Source: Azolla caroliniana | Taxonomy: Eukaryota > Plantae > Polypodiophyta | Assembly (NCBI GenBank): GCA_043228905.1 | Contig: JBHGNT010000017.1 | Coordinates: forward strand, 16,802,001 to 16,866,000 | DNA: 64,000 nucleotides | Reading direction: 5' to 3' | In this document: in pieces, positions 39,601 to 52,773 of the stretch | Numbering within the stretch: the stretch's first letter is position 1 | How the letters are laid out: each line of letters opens with the position of its first letter | Notes under the pieces: model-generated | Told to the model about the DNA's origin: nothing | What the model saw: the letters and a program-made list of their open reading frames with translations, nothing else | The model's database searches: none | Position numbers and translations under genes: made by a program

Positions 39601-40672
39601 ACTATGTCCTCGTTCGATTTTCCCGTTGGCCTCCGGATTGTATGCCGTTTATAGTGTTAACTGAACTCCATGTTTGGTGAAGAATTCCTTACCTTTATCA
39701 GAGTCAAGTTCTCCCCGATCCGCAATCACTTGTCCTACGTACCCGTACCTACAAAACACCGCCTCCAAAAGAAATTGGCATACCACAGAACACGTTTTCC
39801 TTCGTAGCGCCCGACCTTCTACTTGGTTTGTGAGATCTTCCTGAGCTAACACCAAGTACTTCTTTTGTTCGATCTCGGTTGGCATGGCCACAATATCGAC
39901 CATCCATTTGAAGTTGATTTTCGGTGAGAATGTCGGATGTAACTCATCTCCGTGTTGAACTCCGGAGTAGATTTTACACTTCTCGCAGCTTCCCATGAAC
40001 TCTGCTATATCTTTGTACATGTTCTTTCACCAATATTTTTGTTTGATTTTCACAAAAGTTGCCCATGCTCCTCGATGTCCAGCCCAATCGGATTCGTGAA
40101 ATTCGGACATTATCCGGTTTCGTTGCTCTTTCGTCCCGACTACCTGAAGTGGTATGCCATCCGGTCTTTTCGGCTCCCTCTATATTAATCCATTTTTCAA
40201 GAAGAACTTTCGGACTTGCCGCTCCTTACTTCAGATCTTGGCTCTCTTCTCTTTATTGTCTGATGATTCTTCGATTTCCTGTAGCACTTTCCCGATCAGC
40301 AAGCATTCTCCCTCGTATTCTTCTTCCCGGAATTCTCGGATTACGTTCACCCGGCATATGTGCTCCGAAGCAAAGTAGTCTTCGGAAACTTCTTCATTAT
40401 TGGATTCGGTTATGTCATCTCCGAACTGCGCCCTTGATAGGATATCCACTACCGCGTTGTCTTTTCCGGAGATGTGTCGTACTTCTGGATTAAGTGACTT
40501 AACATATGCAATCCACCTTAGCATAGCCACATCCGGTATCGTGCAACACCGCATCATCCCAAGTATCGGAAGACAATCCGTTTCGATCACTACTTCGGCT
40601 CCGATCAAATAATCTCGATCCGATTTGATTGCCGACATGACTCCCCATACTTCTCTTTTGACTTGTGCATAT

Positions 40673-43600
40673 TGTGAAACTGTTTTTAGAATTCAAGCCA
40701 TTGGACACTAAAAGAATATAAGGTATGGAGGATTCACATTTGGAGGACAAGGACATGAACTAACATCTCGTGGATAAGTCCAAATAAAAGCAATAAAGAT
40801 GGAGAAAAGTTAAAAAGAGAAAAAGCAGACCACCAAAACGCAGTCAGAAACAAATGCTCATAACTCTTTCGTTTGACACCCAAATATCACGTGTAAATAT
40901 GGGTTAGAAAGGTTGTGAAGAGAGCTATCCGTAGCTTTTTAAAACTCTAAATTTGGAGCATGGATGAGGGAGATATGACGATTAGAAGATCGTTGTGTCA
41001 TAGCTAAGAATAGGAGATGGAAAAGCTCTAAAAAAAGCGTGGATAAGAAAGCAAGCGAAACTTATCTACTAGAGGAGAACTTCATATAAAGCAAGAAGGG
41101 TGAGGTGGTGAGGAGGAGTTTTTTTTTCTTGTGGTGTTTTTCTTGCCTATTCATGTAGTGCGTTTTTCTAGTGATCAATTGATCCTTGTAGGCTTGAGTT
41201 TATGTATCTTCTTTCTCTTGTTTCTATGATCATCACTCCTTATTAATATATCTTTGTAGATTTGGGTTTCTATATCTTCCTTCTCTCTCTTTTCTATCAT
41301 CATATCTCTTTTCATTTTTGGCGCTCCAGGGAGGGTCGATCCTTTCCGTATAACGGGAGGAACGGTTGTCCACTAATTGATGGTTGGATCTACCGATTCA
41401 TCATCAAACTAATGGCAAGATATGGAGTTCGCGATGCGACAGATCTACGAAGAGAACTTTTCCAATTGCGTATGGTTTCACCAATGTTCTACCTCGAGTA
41501 TGAGAAGACGTTTTTGGATATATGGTCCACTTGGATTGGACTTGTTGGAGGCGTTGAAGATGTATACTTCAAGATGGAAAGATTCAAAGCAGGGCTAGAT
41601 CCATATTTTCAATATGAAGTGCATATGAAGTACCCAAGGTCTTTCCATGATTTGCTTCGAGTATGTCAAAGTTATGATCAACAATTGAAGAAGTTGTTAT
41701 CCGGTGAAGCATATGGAGTATCGGCGTCATATACCATAAATCCAAGCTATAATAATTGTGGATCGGTCATGAGCCAACAACCAGCCTACTTGCAATGTCC
41801 GATTCAACAGGTTCCCTCATATCATTATTCTAATTTTTGGAGTTATAATGATGTCTATGAAGGTGATTCCAGAGACAATGAAGAAGAGGTGATGAATGTG
41901 GAGTTCCCCCATCTAGTTCATGAGGACAACCATGATATAAAGAATGATGATGTGAAAGACGAATCTAAGGAGATAGTTATGAGAAGCGATGTTATGGATG
42001 GTGATGCCAATGTACATCATGTTGAGGACATTATTGATACAACAAGTGATATGGTGGTTGATGATGAATATGTGCAAGATGAAATGGAAGATATGACAAA
42101 AGAAGTTGTTGATGGTGAAGTACCCACAACGGAGTTGCAAGATGAAGAAGGTAACCTAGAAGTGATAGCTGGAGATTGGCTTTTGGAGATCAATGCGTGT
42201 AAGGAAGCATTGGTAAGTGCCAAGTTGCAGTGTATGAAGGTGTTCGTGCATGATTTATGTTTTGGATTTGCATTGAGTAGCAACAAAGTTATGTGGGCAT
42301 CAACTCTTCAACAACAATTTGACCAAGAGCCAAGAGATTTACTTGTAATGCATGATTGGAGTATCATTAACTTATCACCATCAAAGGATCCACCACAACT
42401 AATCAAATGTATAAAGGAGAAGGAATCATCTATCGACATTGGCAAGCAAGAAGAGGAAAGCATAACAATTGATGAATATTCGTGGGATAGGGAAAACAAA
42501 TCATTCCACATGGTGTCTAAGGAGGAAGAAGAAGTCATTGAAGAGAAAAGTATTATCACCCTAAAGGGGAAAAAGAAGATGATTTCAAACGATGTCCAAG
42601 GAGAAGAGGATCTAAGGTTTATTTCTCTCTTTTTTAAGTTTACAAAGTTATTCATAAATGAGTATTCACAGATAAGAGTAGAAGGCATCAAGCACCACGT
42701 CAAGTTGGAGAATTTGAAGTTTGTCTCACTTATTGTGGTTGTTCCAAAGGAGAAAGACGTCAACTTCCAATCCTTGAATGATTCAACCAAACGAGATTTA
42801 TTTTTGCTTCCTTTTCGAGATGAGATTCTAGATGAAATGGTCATACATAAAAAACAAGGTAATGTGGAGAATGTGGTGTGCCAAGAAGAAAGTCATGTTG
42901 ATGAAGCAAAGATCGACGTAATTCAAAATATGACAATTCTGACAAGTCTCGAAGCTTTGAAGGTGTTTGTGCAAAAGGTTCGCTCGCTCGAAAGATTTAT
43001 TCATATGTTAACATGCTTACTTCTATCAAGAGTTATGTATCACATAGACCTACTTCTGTTTGGAAAGTTGATGAAGATATACTAATTGTTGTAACATCTT
43101 TCTTTGTGTTGACAAGGAGAAAGATGGTGATGGCAATTGTCAATGTGTATGTGTGTGTGTTTAGAAGTGTGAGGTTTTTCCTATCGACTAGCGGGGGTTT
43201 TACTCACATAGTTTGTTTCTTTTCTATTTATTTTCTCCTTCTTTGTCTATAGCCATGAATAAGGCGAAGGAGAACCTTTAGTTTTATTAGTAGCTTAGGG
43301 TTCACCATAAATGGTTCACCAAGAAGCAAAGGGGAGGGCTAAATGTGAAACTGTTTTTAGAATTCAAGCCATTGGACACTAAAAGAATATAAGGTATGGA
43401 GGATTCACATTTGGAGGACAAGGACATGAACTAACATCTCGTGGATAAGTCCAAATAAAAGCAATAAAGATGGAGAAAAGTTAAAAAGAGAAAAAGCAGA
43501 CCACCAAAACGCAGTCAGAAACAAATGCTCATAACTCTTTCGTTTGACACCCAAATATCACGTGTAAATATGGGTTAGAAAGGTTGTGAAGAGAGCTATC

Positions 43601-43985
43601 CGTAGCTTTTTAAAACTCTAAATTTGGAGCATGGATGAGGGAGATATGACGATTAGAAGATCGTTGTGTCATAGCTAAGAATAGGAGATGGAAAAGCTCT
43701 AAAAAAAGCGTGGATAAGAAAGCAAGCGAAACTTATCTACTAGAGGAGAACTTCATATAAAGCAAGAAGGGTGAGGTGGTGAGGAGGAGTTTTTTTTTCT
43801 TGTGGTGTTTTTCTTGCCTATTCATGTAGTGCGTTTTTCTAGTGATCAATTGATCCTTGTAGGCTTGAGTTTATGTATCTTCTTTCTCTTGTTTCTATGA
43901 TCATCACTCCTTATTAATATATCTTTGTAGATTTGGGTTTCTATATCTTCCTTCTCTCTCTTTTCTATCATCATATCTCTTTTCA
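40673..43985 (+). mobile_element. Very young non-autonomous LTR element I (gag-only, TR-GAG-like)
   Basis: 642-bp LTRs at 40673-41314 and 43344-43985 with no differences seen by eye; TSD CATAT; PBS TGGCGCTCCAGGGAGGG; PPT AAAGGGGAGGG; no RT or integrase. Confidence 0.93.
41412..43085 (+). CDS. Intact 557-aa ORF: Gag-like N-terminal part plus a long acidic region of unknown function
   Basis: Uninterrupted frame, open from 41262. KMERFKAGLDPYFQYEV...PRSFHDLL resembles the retrotransposon capsid C-terminal motif F..GL...P....A; the D/E-rich middle has no zinc knuckle. Confidence 0.7.
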   Translation: MARYGVRDATDLRRELFQLRMVSPMFYLEYEKTFLDIWSTWIGLVGGVEDVYFKMERFKAGLDPYFQYEVHMKYPRSFHDLLRVCQSYDQQLKKLLSGEAYGVSASYTINPSYNNCGSVMSQQPAYLQCPIQQVPSYHYSNFWSYNDVYEGDSRDNEEEVMNVEFPHLVHEDNHDIKNDDVKDESKEIVMRSDVMDGDANVHHVEDIIDTTSDMVVDDEYVQDEMEDMTKEVVDGEVPTTELQDEEGNLEVIAGDWLLEINACKEALVSAKLQCMKVFVHDLCFGFALSSNKVMWASTLQQQFDQEPRDLLVMHDWSIINLSPSKDPPQLIKCIKEKESSIDIGKQEEESITIDEYSWDRENKSFHMVSKEEEEVIEEKSIITLKGKKKMISNDVQGEEDLRFISLFFKFTKLFINEYSQIRVEGIKHHVKLENLKFVSLIVVVPKEKDVNFQSLNDSTKRDLFLLPFRDEILDEMVIHKKQGNVENVVCQEESHVDEAKIDVIQNMTILTSLEALKVFVQKVRSLERFIHMLTCLLLSRVMYHIDLLLFGKLMKIY

Positions 43986-46900
43986 CATATCCGCGTTGCC
44001 TTTCGTTGAGAACCTTTGCTTCAAATCGGATCGGATATCGCGAACCATCCGAGTCGGCTTGATTGATGACCCATCCGATTCCGGTTGGACTTGTGTCAAC
44101 CGTTACTATGATCGGTCGGTCATAGTTCGGCTTCTTTAGTGCTTTTGCCCTCCGTAGTGATTTCTTGAGCTTCTTCACGGCTTTGGTATGCTCAGGTTTC
44201 CATTCAAACTTCTTACCCTTCCGCAACAAGTGATAGAGTGGGTCTGCAATATGTGCATATTGCGGAATCCATATGTGATAGAATGCACATGCTCCAAGAA
44301 ACCTTCGGACTTCAGATTGTGACTCGCATACTTCCTTCATAGCTTGAATCACATCGATCTTGGTCGGTGATGGTCTTCGGCCGTAGGGCCCACATAAATG
44401 TCCGACTACCAATATCTCTTATTGCCCGAATGCCGATTTCTCTCTGGAAAGTGTTAGATGTACATCTTCTAACTTTTGTAGCACTTTCTCGCAATCACGA
44501 ATATGGTCGACTACGAACTGTCGGCATCCTCGATCATCCTTAGTCTCATCTTTTTCTTCCACCGCGCATCCTTTCATCGGAATGTCATCTAGGAACGGCA
44601 TCGTTATCTCTGGAATGCAGTCTCGAAGCACCTTGTTCATTGCATTCATCATATGTGCGACCGAGTTTGTCACGCCTTGTGGAAGCGTACACATCCGGAC
44701 TAATCTTATCGGTGTCTGCATGGTAGTGATGTCTCGGCTCTCCACGACTAGTTGGAATTGGTCATACCCCAAGTATAGTCTCCGATGGAGTATATCGCAC
44801 GACCGGCAATGCTTCCGCAAATTCGTCCACTACCAGACCGACTCTGGAGTTCCGAATCGTGACCTTGTTCACCGGTTGCAAGTCATGGATAAATCGGAGT
44901 GACCCATTCTTCTTCAGAACCGTAAACCATCGATTTGAGTATGGAGCGTTTGATGGCTCTAGAATCCCCATCGCCACCTTCTCCTTGAGCAAGTCGATGA
45001 TTTTGGAAATATACGCCCGCGGCACCGGAATCGGTTTCAGGTTCCATGACACATGGTCAATCATGAAGATCACCATCGACTCCACTATCTTCGGATCAAC
45101 GCACCCTATCTCCTTCGATGTGAATGCAAATGCTTTCCCATGTTGTTCCAACATCCCACGGAATCGTTCTTCTTCATTTTGTGAAAGGAAACCACCTGCA
45201 CCGATCCAAAGTTTCTTCCGGGTCTCATCCGTGAAGGCATGTCCGATATCCATGGACTTCCGAAGTGTCGGATCCCCCGAGACTTATTTCCTCTTTTGTT
45301 CGCTATCGGCGGGTAACGGTCCCGCGGCCGGTTTCACTTTCTTCTCCACGGTTTTGTATTTCGTACTTACCATTGCTTCTTCTTTGCGGAGCACATCCGG
45401 CCCCATTTTCACAATGATCTCGTACATCTCGACTGATTCCACCGGGACTACCCGGTCTCCCTGGCTTGTATCTTCCGCGAGCTCTTCAAGCTGTTGTAGC
45501 TTGCTCCCATAGAACATTTCTTCGACTATCCCCACGATTTCTTCGTCTTCTTTTTTTATTGATGCCGACCGTAACTTATCCTCCACTTTTCGGTATTCTT
45601 TCTTCATTCCTCCGGTTACGGCTGTGTACGTAGATGCCCCATCTGGACCGATTCGTACTTGTCTTGCTCCGAGAATTTTCTTCCTGTGTGGGGTATCAGG
45701 GCTTCTCGGACTATCACTTCCCCACTCCGTAACAGTTTGTTCTAAAAATCCATTCTTGTTTGGGACAAGAGCTCTCTCTTGTTCCTTTCATGATTTGCCG
45801 GCACAATTAGGAACTGGATGGATTTCTCTCCGCTTTGGCTCCGAATTCGTGTGAAAGTCGCAACACCTTTGTCTCCATCCGTGAAAACGTGATAAAGGGT
45901 TGCCTGAGGATCATGGAATGTGAGACCTTGTCTTGTAAGAAGAAATTTTGGTCGATCTCGACATCCCCGATCTTCACCGTCACATCCGGACAAGCCGCAA
46001 ATAGATCTTCCGTTGCTTTAGTGGCTGCCCGGATCTTCCATCCATGGTTAGTGTTTATAGGCCACTTCCCCTTCCAGTAGAACTCCTTGGACATCAAATT
46101 GATCTCCGATCCGTGATCAATCAATGCTAGCACGGGCTCTTTGATGTTGCCTATTTGGACCAGAGTCTCCGTGGTTGCACGTGGCCAGTGTGGCTTTGTG
46201 TAGTGGGAGTTCGGAATCTCGTCCTCCACTTTAGTGCCATTCATTAAAACAGTATTTGCATTCACCCTTGGAGCATTTTACTCCGTATTTTGTCTTTTTC
46301 TCTTCACGAGATCCACAAGAAGATCGTGGAACTCCTTCTTCGCTATTTCGAGTAGTTCCCGAAGTGAAAATTCTACCTGGCTATCAAGGATTCTCTCCTT
46401 GAACACCTTTTTCAAGTTTGTTTGTTGTTCGATGTCTGAGGCGAGCTTGAATGCCGGAATCGTCTTTTCTTTTCCCTTCCCACCAGAGTTCCAGCTTTCC
46501 GGTGTCTTTAATGGTTTGGCCGCATCATCCATGCGCTGTCGTTTTTCATCCATATACACTTCATGCAATTGACATAGTGCATGTACACTATTCTTATCTA
46601 CGGGGCACTCCCATCCTGTAGCTTCCCGAATACATTCTGCGGCGCTTCAGATTTCATCATGGTCGGCTTTCTTCGAAGTTTCTAGCACTTCCGGCCAAAA
46701 AGACGCCTTTGTTGCAGATGACTCCCCCACATGTATTCCCGTGGTTGTTGCATATTTGTTTTACGCCGCGATCGGAGTGGCTTCCGAGAATCCATCAAGT
46801 GATTCCGATTCCCCTTGTAGTAGATAAGATCCCGTCGTAGCGCCTCCTTGTGCTCGTCGCAATCTCTCCGATCATGTTCGGTGCTATCGCACCATATGCA

Positions 46901-49900
46901 TCGATGGACCATGTACTTGGAACTTGTGGGACGGTCTTCCGTCTTCTTCACCATCGCGATTTTCATATTCTCCATCTCCTTCAGCAATTGCTCCACCGTG
47001 GTTGCGTCGATTCCCTTCTCGGTCGTAGTCTCCCGAGCCCAAAGTTGATGGTCTTCCGATCTGGATCTCGGTTTCGGAATCGGTTCCCAAACCCTCTGTT
47101 CTTCATTGGCAAGCCATTGCCCCCTCTTTGTGTATCGTGCGATGATATCCCGCACGCTTTCCCATGTTTCGGTGAGGCCACTCTCGGTAGTCGTGTCCTC
47201 TAGAAGCACTCCAAGATCCTTTCGGTCCTGGACGTCTACGGCTCGTAAGAACATGATAACTTTGTCCGGTGCGAGGATAGCTTGATCTCTCGCAGACAAC
47301 CTCCTGAACCGACTTTCGAATGCCGAAAACACATCGAGGACCTTCATCCCCTTGTCCGGCGTTCCACCCAATCCTGGAATCCTCTCCGCGTTGCCTTGGA
47401 GGAGTCCTCGATAACGAACGTGTTCTTTAGCGCTTCTTCAAATGCTTCTCACGTCGGATTTTGTTGTCGTAGCCCGTGGATACTTGCTTGAAGCTCGTCA
47501 GTAGCTATCTGGTTGAAGGATGTCACTTGCAGTCCTTCTGAAATTCCACACCGTATCATTTCCGCCTTGTAGTCCCGAAGATAGCGTGATACGTCCTTTC
47601 CGTTGAATTGCCCGATCGGTTGCACGAGCCACTCTACTGCCGCCGCTATCTCTGACATCGCACGTTGTTCTTGAAGCATCCGCTCGAACATCATCATCAT
47701 GTTGTTAGCCTCCGGTTGATTTTCCATCTCCTTGCCACCCGTGTTCACGTTGGGTTCACCACTTGTGTTGTGCCTTTCGGCGCTGGATCGTTTGCGTGAG
47801 TCGGGTGGGAACCGCTGGGGTTTTGGACTAGGAGAAAGAAGAATATGAGATAATGTTAGTTAGGAAGAGATTGTAAGAAGAAGATACGAAACTCATGAAT
47901 CCCACGAGTATAATGTATTAATGAGCAATTAGATTGTAAGAGAGAATTAGATGGTAAAATCGTGAATCCCACGAATATTTTGTATTAAATCAATCCTTCT
48001 AAAGAAAATCAACAACCTCTATACATCTTTCTCTCTTCCTTATGTAGTGTTGGAAGAGTCTAAGTTTATCACATGCAAGCATATTGCTTTTCCTAACTTT
48101 AGTTTTCATGCACATTGCATGTGCATGACTAGCTTTCTATCCCATCTTTTCTTTTAACTCGAGTGTGTATGCATGAATAACTTTTTGTACCATGCATATC
48201 TTGAATATTTACATGGGATAAAGTTTAGTATAACTTTTAAGATTCATAGTATGCAAGTATAGTGGTAAGGTTGGGGTTTGTTTACATGGAGGTATAGGGT
48301 TTGAATCCTGCCCTATGCACGTAATAAATATTATTAATATTTTATTTTATTTATTTATTTATTATACGTACTCTAAATCGGATATAGTGTTTTACATATT
48401 TCACATAGTGTGTAATTCACACTACGACATCACGGATGACACCGAAATAAGAATAGAAGCCGAGGATCGGCTCACGCAGATGTTCGAAGACAACGCAACT
48501 ACGACACAACTGAGTGGACCGCAGGAACCCCCAAGTGATAAAAGCACATTTCGGCCAAGTCCAAAGCTAGACAAAGGCAAGGCGAACATGCAGGAATACG
48601 GAGATCATTTCGATCTTGACAACGAGTTCGAAGGCCTTGACATTCACACGGACGACGTGAAGAAACCTCTAGAATCTGCAAACGACAAGCCACGCCAATC
48701 TACGTGTGAGAAGAACACCATAAACTGCTACGACTATGACGAGTACTTAGTGTATCATTACGACTTCATGATGAAGGTAGTGTCAGTACAAGAGCCAGAA
48801 ACACTTTTTGAAGCCGTGAAGGATCCGCGATGGGTTAATGCAATGAATGAGGAAATGGAAGTGTTATGTAAAAACGAGACATGGGATCTTGTTCCTAATC
48901 TCCAGAACAAGAAACCGATTGACTGTAGGTGGATTTACAAAGTGAAACATAATGCCAACGGCTTTGTAAATCGCTTCAAAGGCATGGCTCATTGCAAAAG
49001 GATATGTGCAAACACACGGTGTAGACTACGAAGAGACCTTTGCCCCAATGGCAAAGATGACCACAGTACGAACTGTAATTGCACTCGCTGTAGCGAAAGG
49101 GTGGCACCTCCACTAGATGGACGTGAAAAACGCCTTCCTCCAAGGAGAGCTAAAAGAAGAAGTGTATATGATACAACCACCCGGATTCGAATCGCGTAAA
49201 CATTTGCATGCCATATGGCAACTCAAGAAGCCACTTTACAGCCTCAAACAAGCACCGCGTGGTTGGAATTCGAAGATCACGCAGTATCTTCATCAAGTGG
49301 ATTTCGGATGTCAAAACCCGACACTTCCCTGTACATCCGAAACGAGTCGGATAGCCCAATAATCATCATCTTGTACGTGGATGATTTGGTGATCGGAGGA
49401 AAGGATCTCACCAAGGTTAACAAAGTTAAATCACTTCTTTCTGGTAGATTCGAAATGAAAGACCTGCATGAACTTCATTACTTCGTAGGTATTAAAGAAT
49501 TCGGATACCAGTCGGGATAATGATCTCACAACGGCACTATGTCGTCAACTTACTGTACAAATTCAGAGTGACAGAGTGCAAACCTGTGACCACCCCTCTT
49601 GATCACAATATCAAGATTGATGCCAGTTCCAGCACGGCCGAGACTGAACCGACTCAGTATCGCCAACTGATCGGTAGCTTGATCTATCTCACTATTACGC
49701 GACCTGACCTAAGTTATTTGGTCGGCCTACTTAGCTAATTCATGCAGAATCCGCGTAACCTTCATCATGATTGTGCTCAGAGGATACTATGGTATGTCAG
49801 TATGACAATGGATCACGACATCTTATATAAGTCGAATACGACTGTTCGACTCGGAGGGTACACAGACGCGGACTGGGCAGGATACAAAGCAGATAGACGA

Positions 49901-50805
49901 TCCACATCCGGATTCTTCTTCTCCCTGGGCAACAGAAAGATCACATGGAGCAGCAAGAAACAACCCACAGTCGCACTGTCGAGCACAAAAGTAGAATACA
50001 AGGGTGCGGCAGTCGCCGCATGTGAAGTCGTATTGCTTAAGTGCGTACTGAAGGATCTGGGCGTTCCCATCAAAGATCCAATACACTTGTACTGTGACAA
50101 CATGAGCAGTATCTACTTGGTGCGCAACCCTGTATTTCACACGCGGACCAAACACATCGAAGTGCACTACCACTTCATCCGCGAGTGCGTACAGGCCGGA
50201 GAAATCGATCGCCAACATATCAACACGCACCTCTAGGTTGCAGATATATTTACGAAGGCCTTAGGAGTAGACAAACTCGGGCAATTTGCATCGGATCTTG
50301 GTCTCATGCTGCCTACATTGCTGAGCTTCAGGGGGAGTACGCACAATACGCAGATATGTACGTTGAACTTCAAACCGAACAAATGGAAATTGTGTTCGAA
50401 GGGGCGTGTTGACAATGAAACTCAACTTCCCGTAGGAATAGGTTCACAGTAGCCCATGGACATACCAGGCTAGTTTTGTAAATAGTAGAAAGGGCGCTTG
50501 CCCTAGCTTGGTTGGTATATAAACCAACTCATTGTAACTTAGTTACTGTTGAAAGTCTCAAGTAATATACAATTTGATTATCTCTGTCTTGAGCTCTCTC
50601 ACACACACACACACACTCTCTCTCTCTATGTTGCTACACACACACACACACACATAGTCTCTCATCTTTCGCTGCATTGCAATAACCACAGAATCAATTT
50701 CTTAACATCCTTGTTAGATTTTGTGATCACATCTTTTAGATCCACTTGGCCTACTTGGCCCTTGTCTTCCCTTGTTGTGCTTCTCTTTGGCTCTTTGTTG
50801 CAATC

Positions 50806-51215
50806 TGTTGAGAGACAAGCTCAACATTCGGTGCGTAATCGGGTGCGTAACCTAGTGCTTAAACCGAGTGCGTAAAACCGTGCACACAATAGGTTGTAGC
50901 GGTGCGTAAACCGCAAGGCCGTTAGAAAGATATTCCTCAAAAGGAATAATTTTGGGAGTGAGTGTAGTGGCTCATTTATGAGCGTCAAGTACTGTCAGTA
51001 CTTTTGTCAGCCCGATTGTCAGGGCTTGTATATAAGGTGCTCACTGAGCACGAAGCATGTACAGATTGAGTATTATTTGAATTCAGTTTTTCACTCTCAG
51101 TCTCTCCCTCTCCATCTCCCTCTCTGCGTTTTCTATGTTCTACCGAACTGTCTTATTCCTCCGAACTGTGTACTTTGTGTTTCGCATATGCTTCCGCACA
51201 ACGTATTCTTTTACA
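50806..51215 (+). mobile_element. Copia solo LTR E
   Basis: TGTTGAGAGACAAGCTCAACATT start, like the Copia A LTR; ends TTACA; TSD CAATC on both sides. Confidence 0.9.
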
Positions 51216-52773
51216 CAATCATCAGCTTTCGTCGTTGTGCTTCATTTGGACTCTTCATCGTACACACCGACTTCATCCTTTGCTTCCTTGGAGCCACCTT
51301 CTGTCTCTTGGGTCTCACGTTGGTTCCCAGATGCAACTGCCCAAGTCTCTAGAACATCTATGAAGGAATTACTATCTTGATCATCGTTTTGCTTTGTCAT
51401 GTTGTCTATAGTCATCTCCTTGACTATCTCTCTGTCCCACGCATCACTTTCGGCCCTTGCTTCATCGTCGCCACTGTCCTTCTCTCAGGTCTTACATGGT
51501 TAATGCCCAAGTCTCTCAAACGAGTGTAGAAGGATCTATATGTTTTAGTAGTTTGTCTTTGTCGTACTAGCTTTAGCCGCTTCCACCTTACGGTTGTTCG
51601 CATTGGCTTTGATCTTTACTTCTTCACCGCCACCTTCCATCTCTTGGGTCTTACATCGGTTAATGCCCAAGTCTCAAGAACTTTTGTGGGGAAAGTCTCT
51701 TCATGATCGCCATCTAACCTCTTTGGCTTGACGTCTCCCTCTTCTTCGCACGTGTTAGCTTCGGCCTTCACTTCCTCGCCACCACCTTCCGTCTCTTGGG
51801 TCTCACATTCGCTTTTCGGCGGAACTGCCCAAGTCTCTACAACAAGTGTGGAGAAATTCTCGACACGACCATCCGCCATTGACTTGTCCATAGCCACCTC
51901 TGATTCGATGTCATTTTGCATGACTATCTCCTCAATCATGTCGGCCTCACACTTTTTATCTTCCTTGATCATGCAAGCTTTGCTCATGCTTGCACCTTCA
52001 TCACATGGTGTTTCAGACATGATGCGTGTTCCGAAACATTTGTCCTTGCTTAAAGTGACATTCGCCACCCTTGATTCATTGGTTTCATTCTTCATCATTG
52101 TTTCTTTGCAAGATGAGAAGGCGTCTTGTTCCACACCTTCTCCCGTGGTGTTGTCGTACCGAACTTGGGCCTTCGTATTGGCCATATCATTACTCCACTT
52201 ATGTTGGGAGGTCTCTTCTTCCTTGATAACCATTTTAATCGGTTTTGGTTCCATTTTAAGATTCTCTTTGGACTCGACTTGCACCTTTAAATTCTCATAT
52301 GCCTTGTTTATGAAGGCCTCTATTTCGAGTACCATAGAACCTTCCCTCTTCAAGCTCTTTTCTTTAGGTGGTAGTTTGTAGTTGCTTCCTGTCCTCCTTT
52401 CACCATCCCTCATGGGTTGTGTTGTTGTCGATGAAAACCTCATCCTCCTCTTATCGTGTAGTCAACATTCTCTTTCCACTTTCACCCAATCCTCGGTGAG
52501 GCCATTTGCACCATCGTCATCCTCAAGTTGGATTCCAATGGCCTTCCTTTCCTTCAGATCTATCGATTTCACGAACATTAGGACTTTATCCACCCCCACC
52601 AGTCTTTGATCCCGCTCCGAGAGTTGTGTAAAGCGACACTCAAACTCAACGAAAGCATTCATGACACTTTGGTGGGTCTTTAATGATGATACCCATTGGT
52701 CAAACTGGTATAGGCTGCATCTCTTCGGCTCTTTGTATCTATATGCCTCAATGAGATATCCTCCTACTGCCAC
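51216..52773 (-). pseudogene. Gag fragment and acidic/charged tail of element B
   Basis: AFVEFECRFTQLSERDQRLVGVDKVLMFV resembles the gag of H (VFSAFESRFRRLSARDQAILAPDKVIMFL); followed by E/K-rich ORF 51616-52443. Confidence 0.7.

Larger units (their letters stand above)
38159..48429 (-). mobile_element. Full-length but decayed non-chromovirus Gypsy element H, tRNA-Trp primed (Phygy-like, tentative)
   Basis: LTRs 38159-38836 and 47766-48429; PBS TTCACGTTGGGTTCACCA at 47744-47761; PPT GGAGGGGGCGAG. Gag, protease ALIDHGSEINLM, RT PFLDDIP, RNase H VDTSPTGIG, integrase ADRGE...WFGPY; no chromodomain seen. Confidence 0.88.
30644..50707 (+). mobile_element. Ty1/Copia element D with nested insertions
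   Basis: LTRs 30644-30930 and 50407-50707; PBS TGGTATCAGAGC at 30931; TSD TCCTT at 30639-30643 and 50708-50712. Coding pieces lie at 31032-32226, 37849-38158 and 48430-50330. Confidence 0.92.

Noticed and set aside
38154-48434. Exact TSD for element H
   Set aside because: The flanks GACGC and TCACG do not match, so only the left flank was used.
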